Origin: Podarcis tiliguerta
Lineage: Eukaryota
Assembly: GCA_965153285.1 (NCBI GenBank)
Contig: OZ229110.1
DNA length: 64,000 bases
Direction: 5' to 3' (one strand)
Below are positions 25,087 to 37,289 of this stretch, in pieces (position 1 is the stretch's first letter; each line of letters starts with the position of its first letter). The position numbers were made by a program, and so were the translations under genes. The notes beneath the pieces were generated by a model. It was not told the DNA's origin, searched no databases, and saw nothing but the letters and a program-made list of their open reading frames with translations.

Positions 25087-25407
25087 CTTAAAAGAGATTA
25101 GTTTTACTTTTAAGAAGGGGCAAAAGATATGTAGCTAATATGAAGAAGAAGATTGAAACATAATGCACAATTATAACAAAATCAACAATTGTGTGTTTGC
25201 ATACTAGGACACAGAGAAAGCAGTCGTGATGAAGTTCAGCACAGCTAAGCACTTTTCCTCTCACACACTGGACTGAACCAACAGTATTGTTTACAAAAGA
25301 AATTTTAAGCAACGGAGCACAGACAGAACAAGAATCTCCCAGACATCTGCTTTAAACACCTGCATCAAAACCCCATTCTTTATAACTGCATTAATGCTGA
25401 AATGTAC

Positions 25408-25506
25408 CTTTAACAGGAGGAGGTTCTGGTTCCTTAAGTACAGGCTTTTTAAGCACGGGAGTTGGTTCTTTCTTTTCGACGACAGCCTTCTTGGGCACTT
25501 CCGGCA
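25408..25506 (-). CDS. TTN: titin PEVK exon
   Basis: 99 nt, VPEVPKKAVVEKKEPTPVLKKPVLKEPEPPPVK. Confidence 0.89.
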
Positions 25507-25819
25507 CTTTAAAGATATTAGTTAATGCTTACTATTGAATTTTGAAAGCACAATGAAATGTACAAGACGGGAAAATGTCAAAGCTTGAGATGTAAGGTGA
25601 GGGGGCATGCATGCTCCCCCCCCCCCGAATCTTGTAACAACAAACTACCATGAAGTACAATCCACTTGTACCACCAAGTAGAACTATGAGGATGGGGATG
25701 CTAGGCACAGAAAGCTACTCAAAAGAATGCATGACATAGACTCATAAGGATATCCAAAAGATGATCAATGATCAAGAGAATAAGAAAAGGATGTTTTCCG
25801 CTTCAGATATAACATATAC

Positions 25820-25897
25820 CTTTAGGTGTTGGTGGTTCTTTCTTTTCGAGCGTAGGCACCTTCTCTTCAGGCACCGGTTTCTTGGGCACCTCTGGCA
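25820..25897 (-). CDS. TTN: titin PEVK exon
   Basis: 78 nt, VPEVPKKPVPEEKVPTLEKKEPPTPK. Confidence 0.89.
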
Positions 25898-27036
25898 CTT
25901 TAAAAATATTTGTTTGTTTTACTATTATTAATTCTAAATGCAACGTGCAAGATTATGAGATCAAGAAACCGTGAGACACAAAACATGACGATATACAACA
26001 TTATCTACTACATAACACTGAAGATCTATCTCAGCCTCTCGCTTTTCTCTTTCATTAAAACAATCACTAAATCAGACAATGCAGTTGGAAAACAAGGGTA
26101 TCAAATACAAACAAAGAAAATGCATTTACATTCCCACTGTGACACCCCCACTCCTCTTAAACAGTAAATCTGTAAAAACATTGGAGTGGTTTTAGCCTTG
26201 GTTATATTTACTCTATTACTGATGACTATATATGAACTGATAAATATTTGATAAATATTTTCTTCTGGGCCATCATATATTCCTAAGGTGTTCTCCTTAA
26301 TTCTCAAAACCCAATGATATACTCAAAATGATGGTAAAATCCAAGTACATATTAATAGGATGTTCACATTAACATCCAATGACTTGAATGGATAATGAAT
26401 AAGTTTATGCCTTTGACAAGAATTTTGCCACCTTATAGGAAGATGACACAACACAACTGGAAGTTTACATGTCTTCTTTGGCCTGTTGATAGTTTGTATT
26501 TTGATTTATTATTGACATGCATTGCCTAGGCGTACCACCAACTTCTTTGCAACCCACCAAGCTCAATGCAACCTAAATGTCACTGGCAGCTCATAAACCT
26601 CTGGCTTTCCTTACTCAATATGATCAAAAAGACTATAAAAATGCATCTGATATGCATTTGGATTACATGTTACTTTGGGCATAATCCAGTTAAAGTTAAG
26701 CACTTTGTGCTTAATCCTTCCACTGAAATTAATGGGACATGTATAAACTTCCTGCTAATGTTTAGTCAGAAGGAAGTCCCATGGTGTACAATGAACTTTT
26801 CTCTCAGATGTGTGCATAGGACTGTAGCCTTAAAAGTGCTTAGCTTCACCCGGATTGTGTCCAATAAATGCCACATTTCAATGGGAAGTAATAAATGAAG
26901 GAACTGAAGGCAGGGAGCAAGGCAAAAACTGGAATCCTGCTCCATTTAAAACCCATGGGAGTTTTACTACTGATTCTATATAAGCAGCATTGTACCCAAA
27001 TATTTTGACTATGATTATTTCAGAATTGACAGATAC

Positions 27037-27108
27037 CTTTCGCAGGGGGAGGTTCTGGTTTCTTTGGTACTTTTTCTTCTGGGACAATTTTCTTGGGCAC
27101 TTCAGGCA
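27037..27108 (-). CDS. TTN: titin PEVK PPAK exon
   Basis: 72 nt, VPEVPKKIVPEEKVPKKPEPPPAK. Confidence 0.89.
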
Positions 27109-27747
27109 CTTAAAAGATATTAGTTTTGAATGTGTGATTGTCAAAGGTATAAAAGATTTGAAAACAATAAACACAAAACTTGAAAACAGTGACAAAAACG
27201 ATATTCAAATACAATTTTCTCCTCCTCTCCACAAATGCAGACAGTATATTTTCTTTATTTTCATGCTATATCCCTAGTTTGTTTTTGTTTTGTTAAATGA
27301 GTGCTCCTTCCCTTTCCTGAGAAGTTATGCAGATCTCTATAAAGTGTGGCAGTTTAATTGCCATCCTATTTCTTTGTCCTTCTGTTAAATTATCACAATC
27401 AATGGAAGATGAGCATAGCATTAGTCAGGGATGGAGATGCTTCCTGGTACATTCTCATTTGAATTTTCCTTAAGTATATGAACTACACAGTTTATTTTCC
27501 AGTAAATTTCTGCTGCCAGGGTTGCTGAAAGTAAATAGGTTAACAGCCTGGATGGCAGATGACTCACCAAGAGCTAAGAGTAAGCTAATAAAGAAATTAT
27601 TTTATAAAATAGGCTGAAAGCCTTCTGAATATCTCACATGAAGAAGACATGTTGTACATCATTAGAGAAAACAAGGAACACAAAGTACAAAAAATACATC
27701 AGAATAAGAAGATGCTTCCATGTGACCACAATAATGTTGACATGTAC

Positions 27748-27816
27748 CTTTAGCTGGTGGAGCTTCTGGTCCAGGCGGTTTCTTTTCTGGAACGACTTTC
27801 TTGGGAACTTCTGGCA
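27748..27816 (-). CDS. TTN: titin PEVK PPAK exon
   Basis: 69 nt, VPEVPKKVVPEKKPPGPEAPPAK. Confidence 0.89.
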
Positions 27817-28258
27817 CTTTAAAAGACATTGGTCAGTTTTAATGTTCGATTTATTTATTTAATTTCACGAGAAATTTTATACACTGCTTGGATTGTAAAA
27901 ATAAAGTAAAATAAAAAAACAAATCCCCAAAGGGGTTTACAAAAAAAGATAATACAATTATCGATAAGAAGAATTAACAACAGTAATTTAAGACTTTTTG
28001 AAAAGGCTAAAATAACAATAAACAGATTAAAACATGCACCAGCTTTCTAAATGTAGAAGATATGAGCAAAACGCAAGGGAAAAACAGTTTCTACAAGAAA
28101 CTCAAGTTGCACTCCTTAGATCTGTTCACAGAATCGAGTGAACAGATTTGAATTTGCCACCGAAACAGTAGAAGGAAATCCCAGGAGGTGGCGAATTTGA
28201 AAGAACTAAACATGCAAAACAATAAGAATACAAATATTCCCAAGATGCTGAGATATAC

Positions 28259-28330
28259 CTTTGGGTGCTGGAGGTTCAGGCTTTTTCACGGGTACTTTTT
28301 CTTCTGGGATTTTCTTTGGCACCTCAGGAA
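28259..28330 (-). CDS. TTN: titin PEVK exon
   Basis: 72 nt, VPEVPKKIPEEKVPVKKPEPPAPK. Confidence 0.89.
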
Positions 28331-28605
28331 CTTCAAAGATAGTAAATTGTTTTAAGTCTTGGGCTTCAGTGATGTATGCCAGTAATTAACAAGAGCAAAC
28401 AAGGGGAAGGGAAACCAACATAAAGGGCTATCTTTTTTTCTAAAATACATGTGGGACACATATTACATATGATTGCATTATGAGAAGTCATCTCAAAGGG
28501 AAAATAAGACTATTAAACATACTTTCACAAATATTCAGTTATGTGAAAATAATGTTACATCTATAAATTGAAGTTCTTTGTGGCGTTTCTGGTTATGACA
28601 TGTAC

Positions 28606-28689
28606 CTTTAACAGCAGGAGGCTCTGGTTTTTTAGGCTCAGGAACCTTTGCTTTTTCCTCAGGGACCACTTTCTTGGGTACTTCCGGAA
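28606..28689 (-). CDS. TTN: titin PEVK exon
   Basis: 84 nt, VPEVPKKVVPEEKAKVPEPKKPEPPAVK. Confidence 0.89.
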
Positions 28690-28983
28690 CTTGAAGGGAA
28701 AATAATTTCATTTAAGAATGCGAATATCAAAGAATGCGCAGAAGATACTAAGGACACATGAAAGTCATAAAACACAGAACTTCAAAAATAAGGACAAAAC
28801 TAGAGAGAACTGGTATGACACAATTAAGCTGTACAGAAGTAAGCCTCCTGTCTTTCTTTACAGATCACACAGTAGAAACACACAGACGGAAATCGATATT
28901 TTCCTGTCTCTCCCCTTGGTAAAGGTTAAATATTCCTCCCAAGAGCAAACAAAGATGTTTCATACGTTACAAGCAATACAAAC

Positions 28984-29067
28984 CTTTAGCAGGTGGAGCT
29001 TCCGGTTTCTTAGGCACTTCAGCTGGTACTTTCTTTTCCGGAACAACTTTCTTTGGCACCTCAGGCA
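28984..29067 (-). CDS. TTN: titin PEVK PPAK exon
   Basis: 84 nt, VPEVPKKVVPEKKVPAEVPKKPEAPPAK; donor gtttgt. Confidence 0.88.
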
Positions 29068-29522
29068 CTTGAAAACATTAATATTATTTTTTTTACAACA
29101 AGTCATTTAATAAACATACACAGTTGCAAATACACACACAACCCCAACATTAAATAGCAGCACAGATCCATCATTTGAGTTCATGATTCCCACATGCAGT
29201 GATGACCACCAAATTGGTTGGCCTTCAAAGGGCTTCATGGGGGAATAAGGCTACCAGTGGCTACCAGTCATTATGGTTGTGTAGGGGCAGTATGCTCCTC
29301 AAAACCAGTTTCTGGGAAATCGCAAGTGAGGAGAGTGCTGTAGTGCCCATGTTCTGCTTGTAGACTTCCCATTAGCATCTATTTAGTCGGGCACTGTGAC
29401 AGCCATGTGCTAGATTAGATGGGTTTTTGGTCTCTTCTTGTGTTCACCCAAACATATTTAGGTATTGCAGATATACAGTATACTAACACCAATAGACTTC
29501 AGTTTAAAAAATGTGTACTATT

Positions 29523-29639
29523 CAGTGCTATTTTTCTAGAAAAAGAGGTGCCGGACCTTGTTCCCTTAGAATGGCAATGGCGCCCACCTGAGAGGTGCCA
29601 GAACTGAGTTCCGGTGAGTTCCGGCTGAAAAAAGCCCTG
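29523..29639. mobile_element. hAT-like MITE
   Basis: TIR cagtgctatttt / aaaaaagccctg; imperfect 8-bp TSD gtactatt/gtagtact. Confidence 0.55.
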
Positions 29640-29681
29640 GTAGTACTAACTTTTCATTCTTTCTTTAGAAATGAGGCCTAC

Positions 29682-29765
29682 CTTTGGCAGGTGGAGGTTC
29701 TGGCTTCTTCGGCACAGCAACTGGAGCTTTTTCTTCTGGGACAGGTTTCTTTGGTACCTCAGGCA
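29682..29765 (-). CDS. TTN: titin PEVK PPAK exon
   Basis: 84 nt, cag|VPEVPKKPVPEEKAPVAVPKKPEPPPAK|gtaggc. Confidence 0.9.
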
Positions 29766-29900
29766 CTGAATAAGATTAGCTTATGTTAATGCCATATATT
29801 CCAAAGGTAGCATATGTTAATCCTGTCACAGAATGGTAGCAGGTGGACACGACCTGGTATCAATTATGTCTAGCTTCAATAATGTGAACTTAAGCATCTA

Positions 29901-30096
29901 CAGTGGTACCTTGGTTCTCAAATAGCTTAGTTGTCAAACAAATCGGCTCCTGAACACTGCAAACGTCTAACACGGCTTCCGCTTGCATGCAGGAAGCTCC
30001 TGCAGCCAATTGGAAGCTGTGTCTTGGTTTTCGAATGGTTTTGGGAGTCAAATGGACTCCTGGAACGGATTAAGTTTGAGAACCAAGGTACTACTG
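29901..30096. mobile_element. Tc1/mariner-pogo MITE
   Basis: TA TSD; TIR cagtggtaccttggttctcaaa / tttgagaaccaaggtactactg. Confidence 0.88.
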
Positions 30097-30265
30097 TATA
30101 CCATATATACAATATGACTAATAAGTGCTATCGTTGCTGCCATGTATTCTATGTGAAGAATAATGACAAGGAAGTATGAATAAATGAAGTGTAGACACTA
30201 AAGGAACAGTAAGGAACTGACGGGATGGGAGTATCTTATTTGTTGAATTCATGAAATGCACACAC

Positions 30266-30340
30266 CTTTAGCTGCTGGCACCTCTGGCTTTTTAGGCACA
30301 ACTTTCTCTTCTGGAACAGGTTTCTTTGGTACTTCAGGCA
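30266..30340 (-). CDS. TTN: titin PEVK exon
   Basis: 75 nt, cag|VPEVPKKPVPEEKVVPKKPEVPAAK|gtgtgt. Confidence 0.89.
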
Positions 30341-31048
30341 CTGTTAAAGGAAGGGTATGGATTTTGCTTACTCTTTGGTGCAGGGCGATACACATAACTT
30401 CTAAGACACAAACGCAAACTGAGGCTGCAGTCTAAGCTCAATGCACACTAGGAAGTAAGTCCCACTGAATATTAACAAGTGACAACATTGCTCAGCTTAA
30501 GGCTGTAATCCTAGGTCCAGTTACGTTCGAATCCCGTCAAATGCAGCAGCAGCCGCTTCTGAGATTTGACTGCACTGGCCATCATCTAGCACACAAGGCT
30601 TTGTCTTTGAAGGCTCTCATCTGAAATGTGCCATCTCTCTGAGACAAGGTGGGCGGTGACTGGGGTAGTGGCCTTTTGGTGGAACTATTTCCCAAGGGAG
30701 GCTCACCTAGCATACAGTCTTTTTTGCCATCATTGTTATTAACACCATCATTAACATTTTTTTTTAAAAAATATTTTTTTATACATAATTTAAATAGAAA
30801 GAAATAGTAAGGAAGAAAGCACAGCATTGACAAACCAGTAACAGAACAGTAAATAATTAAGCAGTTAGCAATTTAACAACTGACACTACAATAAATTAAT
30901 TTCAATAATAATTTAAAAAGGAAATATAATAATTTGAAACAAAATTATAGTAGATGGGGATGGGGATATTTAAATAATAATATTCAGTTTATATCCTTTA
31001 TCTTTAATGTATAATTTATAATTTGAAATTTGACGGAAACCATAATTA

Positions 31049-31528
31049 CCGTATTTTTCGCCCTATAGGACGCACTTTTCCCCTCCAAAAATGAAGGGGA
31101 AATCTGGGTGCGTCCTATGGGGCGAATGCAGGCTTCGTGGACCTCTCCGCAAGCAGCGGGAGCGCTCCCGCTGCTGGCGGAGAGCTGCCTGCATGCTGAA
31201 GCCTGCGCGCGCTGAGCTCAGCGCGTCCAGGCTTCGCGGACCTCTCCGCAAGCAGTGGGAGCGCTCCCGCTGCTGGCGGAGAGTTGCCAGCATGCTGAAG
31301 CCTGCGCGCGCTGAGCTCAGCACGTCCAGGCTTCGCGGACCTCTCCGCTAGCAGCGGGAGCCAGCACTGGGCTCCCACGGCTTGCAGAGAGCTGGGGGCT
31401 GGGGTCGGGGGAAGCTCGGGCTTCCCCAACCCCGCGCCTGGGGGGGAAATAATTTTTTCCTTTATTTCCCCCCCAAAAAACTAGGTGTGCCTTATGGGAC
31501 GGTGCGTCCTATAGGGCGAAAAATACGG
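31049..31528. mobile_element. Tc1/mariner superfamily (Tc2-like CCGTA termini) MITE with internal 99-bp tandem repeat
   Basis: TA TSD; perfect 27-bp TIR ccgtatttttcgccctataggacgcac. Confidence 0.9.
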
Positions 31529-32028
31529 TATATATTCTCATAAGATCTTTTGATGCCACCCTATTTATTTCACCTGCCTGTTCCCTGTTGAGGAGACTAT
31601 CTTAGTGATGCTAGTCTTATTTGCTGTTTGATCTTTTATATTGTTTGCTTATTTTTATGGTGACCTGCTCTAGAAATATTGATATTAAAGGCTGACTGTG
31701 AATCTACAAACAAACAAACAAATAGTATTAGCTTAAAGGAGAACATTTCTGCCACCTTTGGAATCCAAATACCACACTTGATATGGTCTACTAAAGTGAA
31801 GAACACATGGCATTTAAAGATGATAATGTGTAGTATATAAAAGTAATATGAATTTAAAATAATAAGATATACACTGGCCTGGTTCATGTGACACAGTAAG
31901 CTAAGCTATGGCTTACCAGAATTGTGCAAAAAGGCAGGCTTTCAATCACCAGCTTGCAACCCCTTTGGTCCTCCATAGTCTTTTTTAGTATTACACTGCG
32001 CTGAGCTCAATCAAAGTTTAGTTTAGTG

Positions 32029-32164
32029 CAGGCTTCCTCAACCTCGGCCCTCCAGATGTTTTGGGCCTACAACTACCATGATCCCTAGCTAGCAGGACCA
32101 GTGGTCAGGGATGATGGGAATTGTAGTCTCAAAACATCTGGAGGGCTGAGGTTAAGGAAGCCTG
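32029..32164. mobile_element. hAT (Charlie-like) MITE
   Basis: Long TIR caggcttcctcaacctc...; perfect 8-bp TSD gtttagtg. Confidence 0.92.
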
Positions 32165-32177
32165 GTTTAGTGCATTA

Positions 32178-32447
32178 AAGGTAAAGGTACCCCTGCCCGT
32201 ACGGGCCAGTCGTGTCCGACTCTAGGGTTGTGCGCCCATCTCACTTAAGAGGCCGGGGGCCAGCGCTGTCCGCAGACACTTCTGGGTCACATGGCCAGCA
32301 TGACAAGCTGCATCTGGCGAGCCAGCGCAGCACACGGAAACGCCGTTTACCTTCCCACCAGTAAGCGGTCCCTATTTATCTACTTGCACCCGGGAGTGCT
32401 TTCGAACTGCTAGGTTGGCAGGCGCTGGGACCGAGCAACGGGAGCGC
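32178..32447 (-). mobile_element. 5'-truncated Sauria SINE
   Basis: Near-identical to the 3' part of 14666-15029; TSD agtgcatta. Confidence 0.9.
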
Positions 32448-32604
32448 AGTGCATTACCAGAGCCCAGACTCTGGTAAGTGGTCTACTCACTAACCAAGAG
32501 CTGCAGCTGAGGTTTCTTCTTACCATGTCATGCAAACCAGGCCAATGCCTACCCTCCTGGATCAGCCCTAACCCACTGCTGCTTTCTGTCAAATGGGATG
32601 TTAC

Positions 32605-32679
32605 CTTTAGCTGGAGGTGCTTCTGGAACAGCAGCTGGCACCTTCTTTTCCGGGACAACTTTTGTGGGTACCTCAGGCA
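32605..32679 (-). CDS. TTN: titin PEVK PPAK exon
   Basis: 75 nt, VPEVPTKVVPEKKVPAAVPEAPPAK. Confidence 0.89.
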
Positions 32680-33041
32680 CTTGAAAAGAAATAGCATCAT
32701 TTTCTGTTACGTTTCAGTTTGTTAAAATGTAGGCAAAAGTGTCAGGAATAAAGAGGCGCCTTTAGAGGAATTTCAGGAAGGTTAGTGGTCAATATTAAGC
32801 AGTCACAGTTCAGGGGACAAGCAAGTTCCATTGAAATCGATGGGGTTTTGTATCCATAACTCTCTGAATTGTAACCAAAACCTATTTGAACGTGTCCAAT
32901 TAAGAAATGAAGTCGGTTTTTAGAAGATGAGGAAGAAGAAAAGAATGCAGAATTATAAATGGGGGTGGGGGAAAGTGAACCCATAACCCATTTTTTTCTT
33001 CTTTTGGTAAGAATGAATGTCACCAAGACTGAGGTATATAC

Positions 33042-33125
33042 CTTTAGCAGGTGGAGGCGCTGGTTTTTTAGGCACTGCAACAGGTATTTTCTCTTCTGGC
33101 ACAGCCTTCTTGGGCATCTCGGGAA
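33042..33125 (-). CDS. TTN: titin PEVK PPAK exon
   Basis: 84 nt, VPEMPKKAVPEEKIPVAVPKKPAPPPAK. Confidence 0.9.
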
Positions 33126-33871
33126 CTTTAAAGATATTAGTACATTTTACTTTGAAGAACTGAAAATGGTTTATAACACGGCATGAAGAAGTGAAACAGA
33201 TTTATTCCCAACAGACAGAACATGACACACGGACATGGAATGACATGGACAATATTGACATTAAAATCACACAGGTGGGTATTCAAATGAAAGCAAGAGG
33301 CTCCCCTTTCCATTGTATAGACATAGACCTTTTCTCAAAACATCTATAGTTGGCGTATGAACAAGCACCACAACGTCAATTGTTGCTGAATATTAGCTGT
33401 CCAGTTGGCAAATCTGAACAAATCATTCAAGTGGCTGAAGAGAAGGCACTGCGATAAAAATTCCCCTCTATACAGGTCCTTCATTCATATATACAAGTAG
33501 TTATCTTTTATGGGCTGATGGAAACGGTTGAACTCAACTGAACATTTGAAAGATTTCAAAACCTGCTGATATATCTGTTTTGTAAGATTACTTCCACTGC
33601 TGTTACCTTCCTGACAGTGGTTTGGGTATGTTTATTATTATTAATTGTTATCATAATTAGCATTTCCCCTTTCATCCTGGCATCTGACCTCATGTTTTAT
33701 GATGTATTGCGTCATATTTGTATATAAAGGGAAGGATGCTTATGCATCAAGGTAAGAATACAGCTGCAAATGATATTCCTATTTCTGCAAAAATCAGCAT
33801 GGGAACTTTTTGGGACACAAGATTATCAGGAAACTAGAAGAGATAAGTTCTTTTTTTACTTTCTTTCTTAC

Positions 33872-33959
33872 CCAGCAGAGCTTCTGTTCTTTTGCTTTTT
33901 GTCAGCACTTTTCTAGAACAGGTTTCTTGGATAAACAGATACTTCAGTAAAGATATTAG
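33872..33959 (-). pseudogene. decayed PEVK pseudo-exon
   Basis: CTAATATCTTTA motif runs directly into CTGAAGTA (AAG|TGC apparently deleted); remnant SKKPVLEK / VLTKSKRTEALL in two frames; GTAAG donor retained. Confidence 0.6.
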
Positions 33960-34195
33960 ATTGTGTTAATTGTACGAGCTGAAGAAGCCACAATAAAGAT
34001 AAATAACAGCAAGACCATAAAGACTTGACACCGACCATTGACATTAATTTGACACGTTCACATTTACGTATGACAAGAAAAGTTGCCAGTACAAAATTTA
34101 TAAACTAACATGAAACAAAGAAGATTTCCCCCCCACAAACAAGACAAACATTTCTTAAGCCAAGAGTGTCTTTTCCCTTTGGGAATGACGTCTAC

Positions 34196-35962
34196 CTTTT
34201 AATGGTGGAGGCTCTGTTGCAGGCACAGCATAAGAGTCTTGTTTTTTAGGTTTAGCAACCATCACAGTCTCTTCTGGTATTTGAGCCTCTGCTGCTTCAA
34301 GCACAACAGCAGGCTCTGGTTTTCTGGGTTTGGAAACAGCTGCCTTTTCCTCTGGCTCTTGCCACCAAACTGTTTCAGGCACCACTGTAGGTTCTGGCTC
34401 CCTGGATTTTGCTCTCTTTTCTTCTTCCACCTCAGGCTTTGCTGTTTCAAGCACCGTGGCAACTTCTGGTTCTCTGGGTTTGGTGACAGCCATCTTCTGT
34501 TTTGCCGCTGGAAGCTTTACTGTTTTAGGCACTGCAATAAGCTCTGGTTTTTTAGGTTTAGCAGCGGCTACCTCCATTTCTGGCACACGAGGTTCTGCTG
34601 ACTCAAGAACAGCAATAGGTTTCGGTTTCTCAGGTTCCACAATATCTATCTCTTCTTCCAGCTCAGGCTCTGCCATCTGAGGCATGACAATGAATTCCTG
34701 TTTTCTGGGTTTGGCAACAGCCATCTTGTCTTCTGGCATGTAAGGCTCTGTTTTTTTAGGTTTAGCAATGGTTGCCTTCTTTTCCTCCTCTTCAGGCCCT
34801 TCTATGTCAGGCACCAAAGCAGGTTGTGGTTTTCTGGGTTTGGTGACAGCTATCTTCTGTTTTGGTGCAGGAGGCTCAGACACCAGCGGCTCTGTTTTTT
34901 TAGGTTTAGCAACAGCTGCTTTCTTTTCTGGCACATGAAGTTCAACTGCCTCAAGAACTGAAGTGGGTTTTGGTTTCTTGAGTTCAGCAATATCTACCTC
35001 CTCTTCTTCCACTTCAGGCTGTACCATCTGAGCCATGACAATGGATTCTGGTTTTCTGGGTTTGGAGACAACTACCTGCTCTTCCAGCACTTCAGGCTCT
35101 GCTGTTTCAGGCTCCACAACAGGTCCTAGTTTTCTGGGTTCAGTGACAGCTATCTTTTGTTTTGGCACTGGAGGTTCCACTATTTTAGACACCATAATAG
35201 GTTCTGGTTTTTTAGGTTTAGCAACAGCTGCCTTCTTTTTGGGTACATGAGGTTCTACCGTCTCAAGAACTACAACAGGTTTTGGTTCCTCACGTTCAGC
35301 AATATCTATCTCCTCTTCTTCCATTTCAGGCTCTACTGTTTGAGGAAACCCAACAGGTTCTGGTTTCCTAGGTTTGGAGACAGCCATCTGGTCTTCTTGC
35401 ACTGGAAGCTCTGTTGTTTTAGGAACAATACCAGGTTTTGCTTTTTTAGGTTTAGCAATGATTAGCTTCTTTTCTGGCACCCCAGGCTCTTCTGTTTCAA
35501 GCTCCACAAGAGGTTCTGGTTTTCTGGGTTTGGCAACAGCTATCTCCTGTTTTGACTCTACTGTTTTAAGCATCACAACAGGCTCTGCTTTTTTAGGTTT
35601 AGCAACGACTTTCTTCTTTTCTGGCACATGAGGTTCGACTGCCTCATAAACTGCAACAGGTATGGGTTCCTCAGGTTCAGCAATATCTATCTCCTCTTCT
35701 TGCACTTCAGGCTCTACAACGGGTTGTGGTTTTCTGGGTTTGGCAACAAGTGGCTTCTGTTTTGGCAGCTCAGGCTCTGCTGGCTTTGATTCTGGTTTTG
35801 TGGGTCTACGAGCAGCTGTCTTCCTTTCTGGTGCTTGAGGCTGCGTTATCTGAGATACTTCAGTAAGTTCTGCTTTTTTATGTACAGAAACTAATTCTGT
35901 TTTTTCATGCTTTGCAATGGATATCTTCTCTTCCGCCACTCCTTTTCTGGGCACCTCAGACA
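34196..35962 (-). CDS. TTN: titin giant PEVK exon B (1767 nt, 26-aa tandem repeats)
   Basis: tttaaag|VSEVPRK...EPPPLK|gtagac; 589 open codons, phase 1-1. Confidence 0.88.
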
Positions 35963-36107
35963 CTTTAAATAAAATCAATTCCCTTGTAAGAATTTTTAAA
36001 CCACAAAATGCAAACAGTAGCATCAAACTGAACAAGAGCGAAATAATGAAAATATGTCACTTTTGTGACTTTGGTAGCTTTACGTTTTCCTCGAAGAGAG
36101 AATGTAC

Positions 36108-36200
36108 CTTTGGGAGGTGCAACCTCACGTTTCCTAGGAATGGCGGCAGGATACCGTTCTTCCATTTCTTCTAGAAGCATTTCCTCAAATGTTTCTGTAT
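36108..36200 (-). CDS. TTN: titin PEVK exon (divergent)
   Basis: 93 nt, DTETFEEMLLEEMEERYPAAIPRKREVAPPK. Confidence 0.83.
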
Positions 36201-37208
36201 CTTAAAGATATTAGTTTTCTTTGAGACATGCAAAATCATACTTGTAAAAAGCATAGGACAAAAAAAGACATAACCAAAGACAATGACCAACAAACAGAGA
36301 GCCCAGCCATATTTATTGTGGAATAAACTTATACTTTTCATTTAGTCACAGAAGCAGGCCCTCTTCAAGGTTAACTAATTCAAACCTTTTGCTCTGCTAA
36401 TTAGAGCTCAGGCTGAAACCAGATAGGAGTACATCACAATAATTTGCTTAAATCTAGGTTTGCTACAATCACATATAAAGCAGAGTGCCTGTTGTTAAGA
36501 GCAAAGGGGGTGAAGGAGTGAAAGGTTCTGAAATATGCCCCTTCTGCGCTCCATAAGTCCCTAAACATTTTTTGCTGGAACTCCTTTTTACCCCACCTGG
36601 GCTCTGATTATTTTTCTGCTCTCATGGGTCATGTCTACCAAGGCAAGTTAAGGCTCACCCCTCAACTGAGCACTAGTCATGCTTTTATGGTTAGCCTCAC
36701 TAGTTATAAAGTTTGGTCCCACTGAAACCAGTTGGTCTAATCTAATTAAAATCTAAGGGTTCCAGCTTTCTGGTTTCTCGTTATTCCAATCTTCAGTTAA
36801 GTTCTGAAAAAAGTTTTTCAGTTAAGTTCTGAAAAAAGTTTTTTACATTGCTACTGAACTATCATTAACTGGATCTTATGCTATTTTCGTTTTCACCCAA
36901 GTTTTCATTTTTCTCCCTTAATGCTTTATGAGAATGGTTTTTATTGGGCTACATCTGAGACACATGAAAGGCAGCCTAAATAATATCTAAACCTTGAAAC
37001 AATCCCCCATGTGTGTCTATTGCTGCATTTGAAAATGAATTTACTTAAAGTCTATCCAATTAGTAATGTGAATGGAGTGTGAATGGCCGATCAAATGGCC
37101 ATAAACACCTTTAGTATACATGACAACCTGGGCTTGGGCTCTGTAACATAGAACATTGACAAGTTAGAAGACTTTTAGATAAAACATTCTAATTAAAGGA
37201 TTATGTAC

Positions 37209-37289
37209 CTTCATAGCGCGTAGCTTCTTTCCTAGATACTTGAACTGTTACTTGTTCCTCCGAAATGGCTTTCTTTCGTATCACAGGCA
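37209..37289 (-). CDS. TTN: titin PEVK exon (divergent)
   Basis: 81 nt, VPVIRKKAISEEQVTVQVSRKEATRYE. Confidence 0.85.

Noticed and set aside
31063-31429. Repetitive ORFs on both strands
   Set aside because: Produced by the GC-rich 99-bp repeat inside a MITE; no transposase motifs
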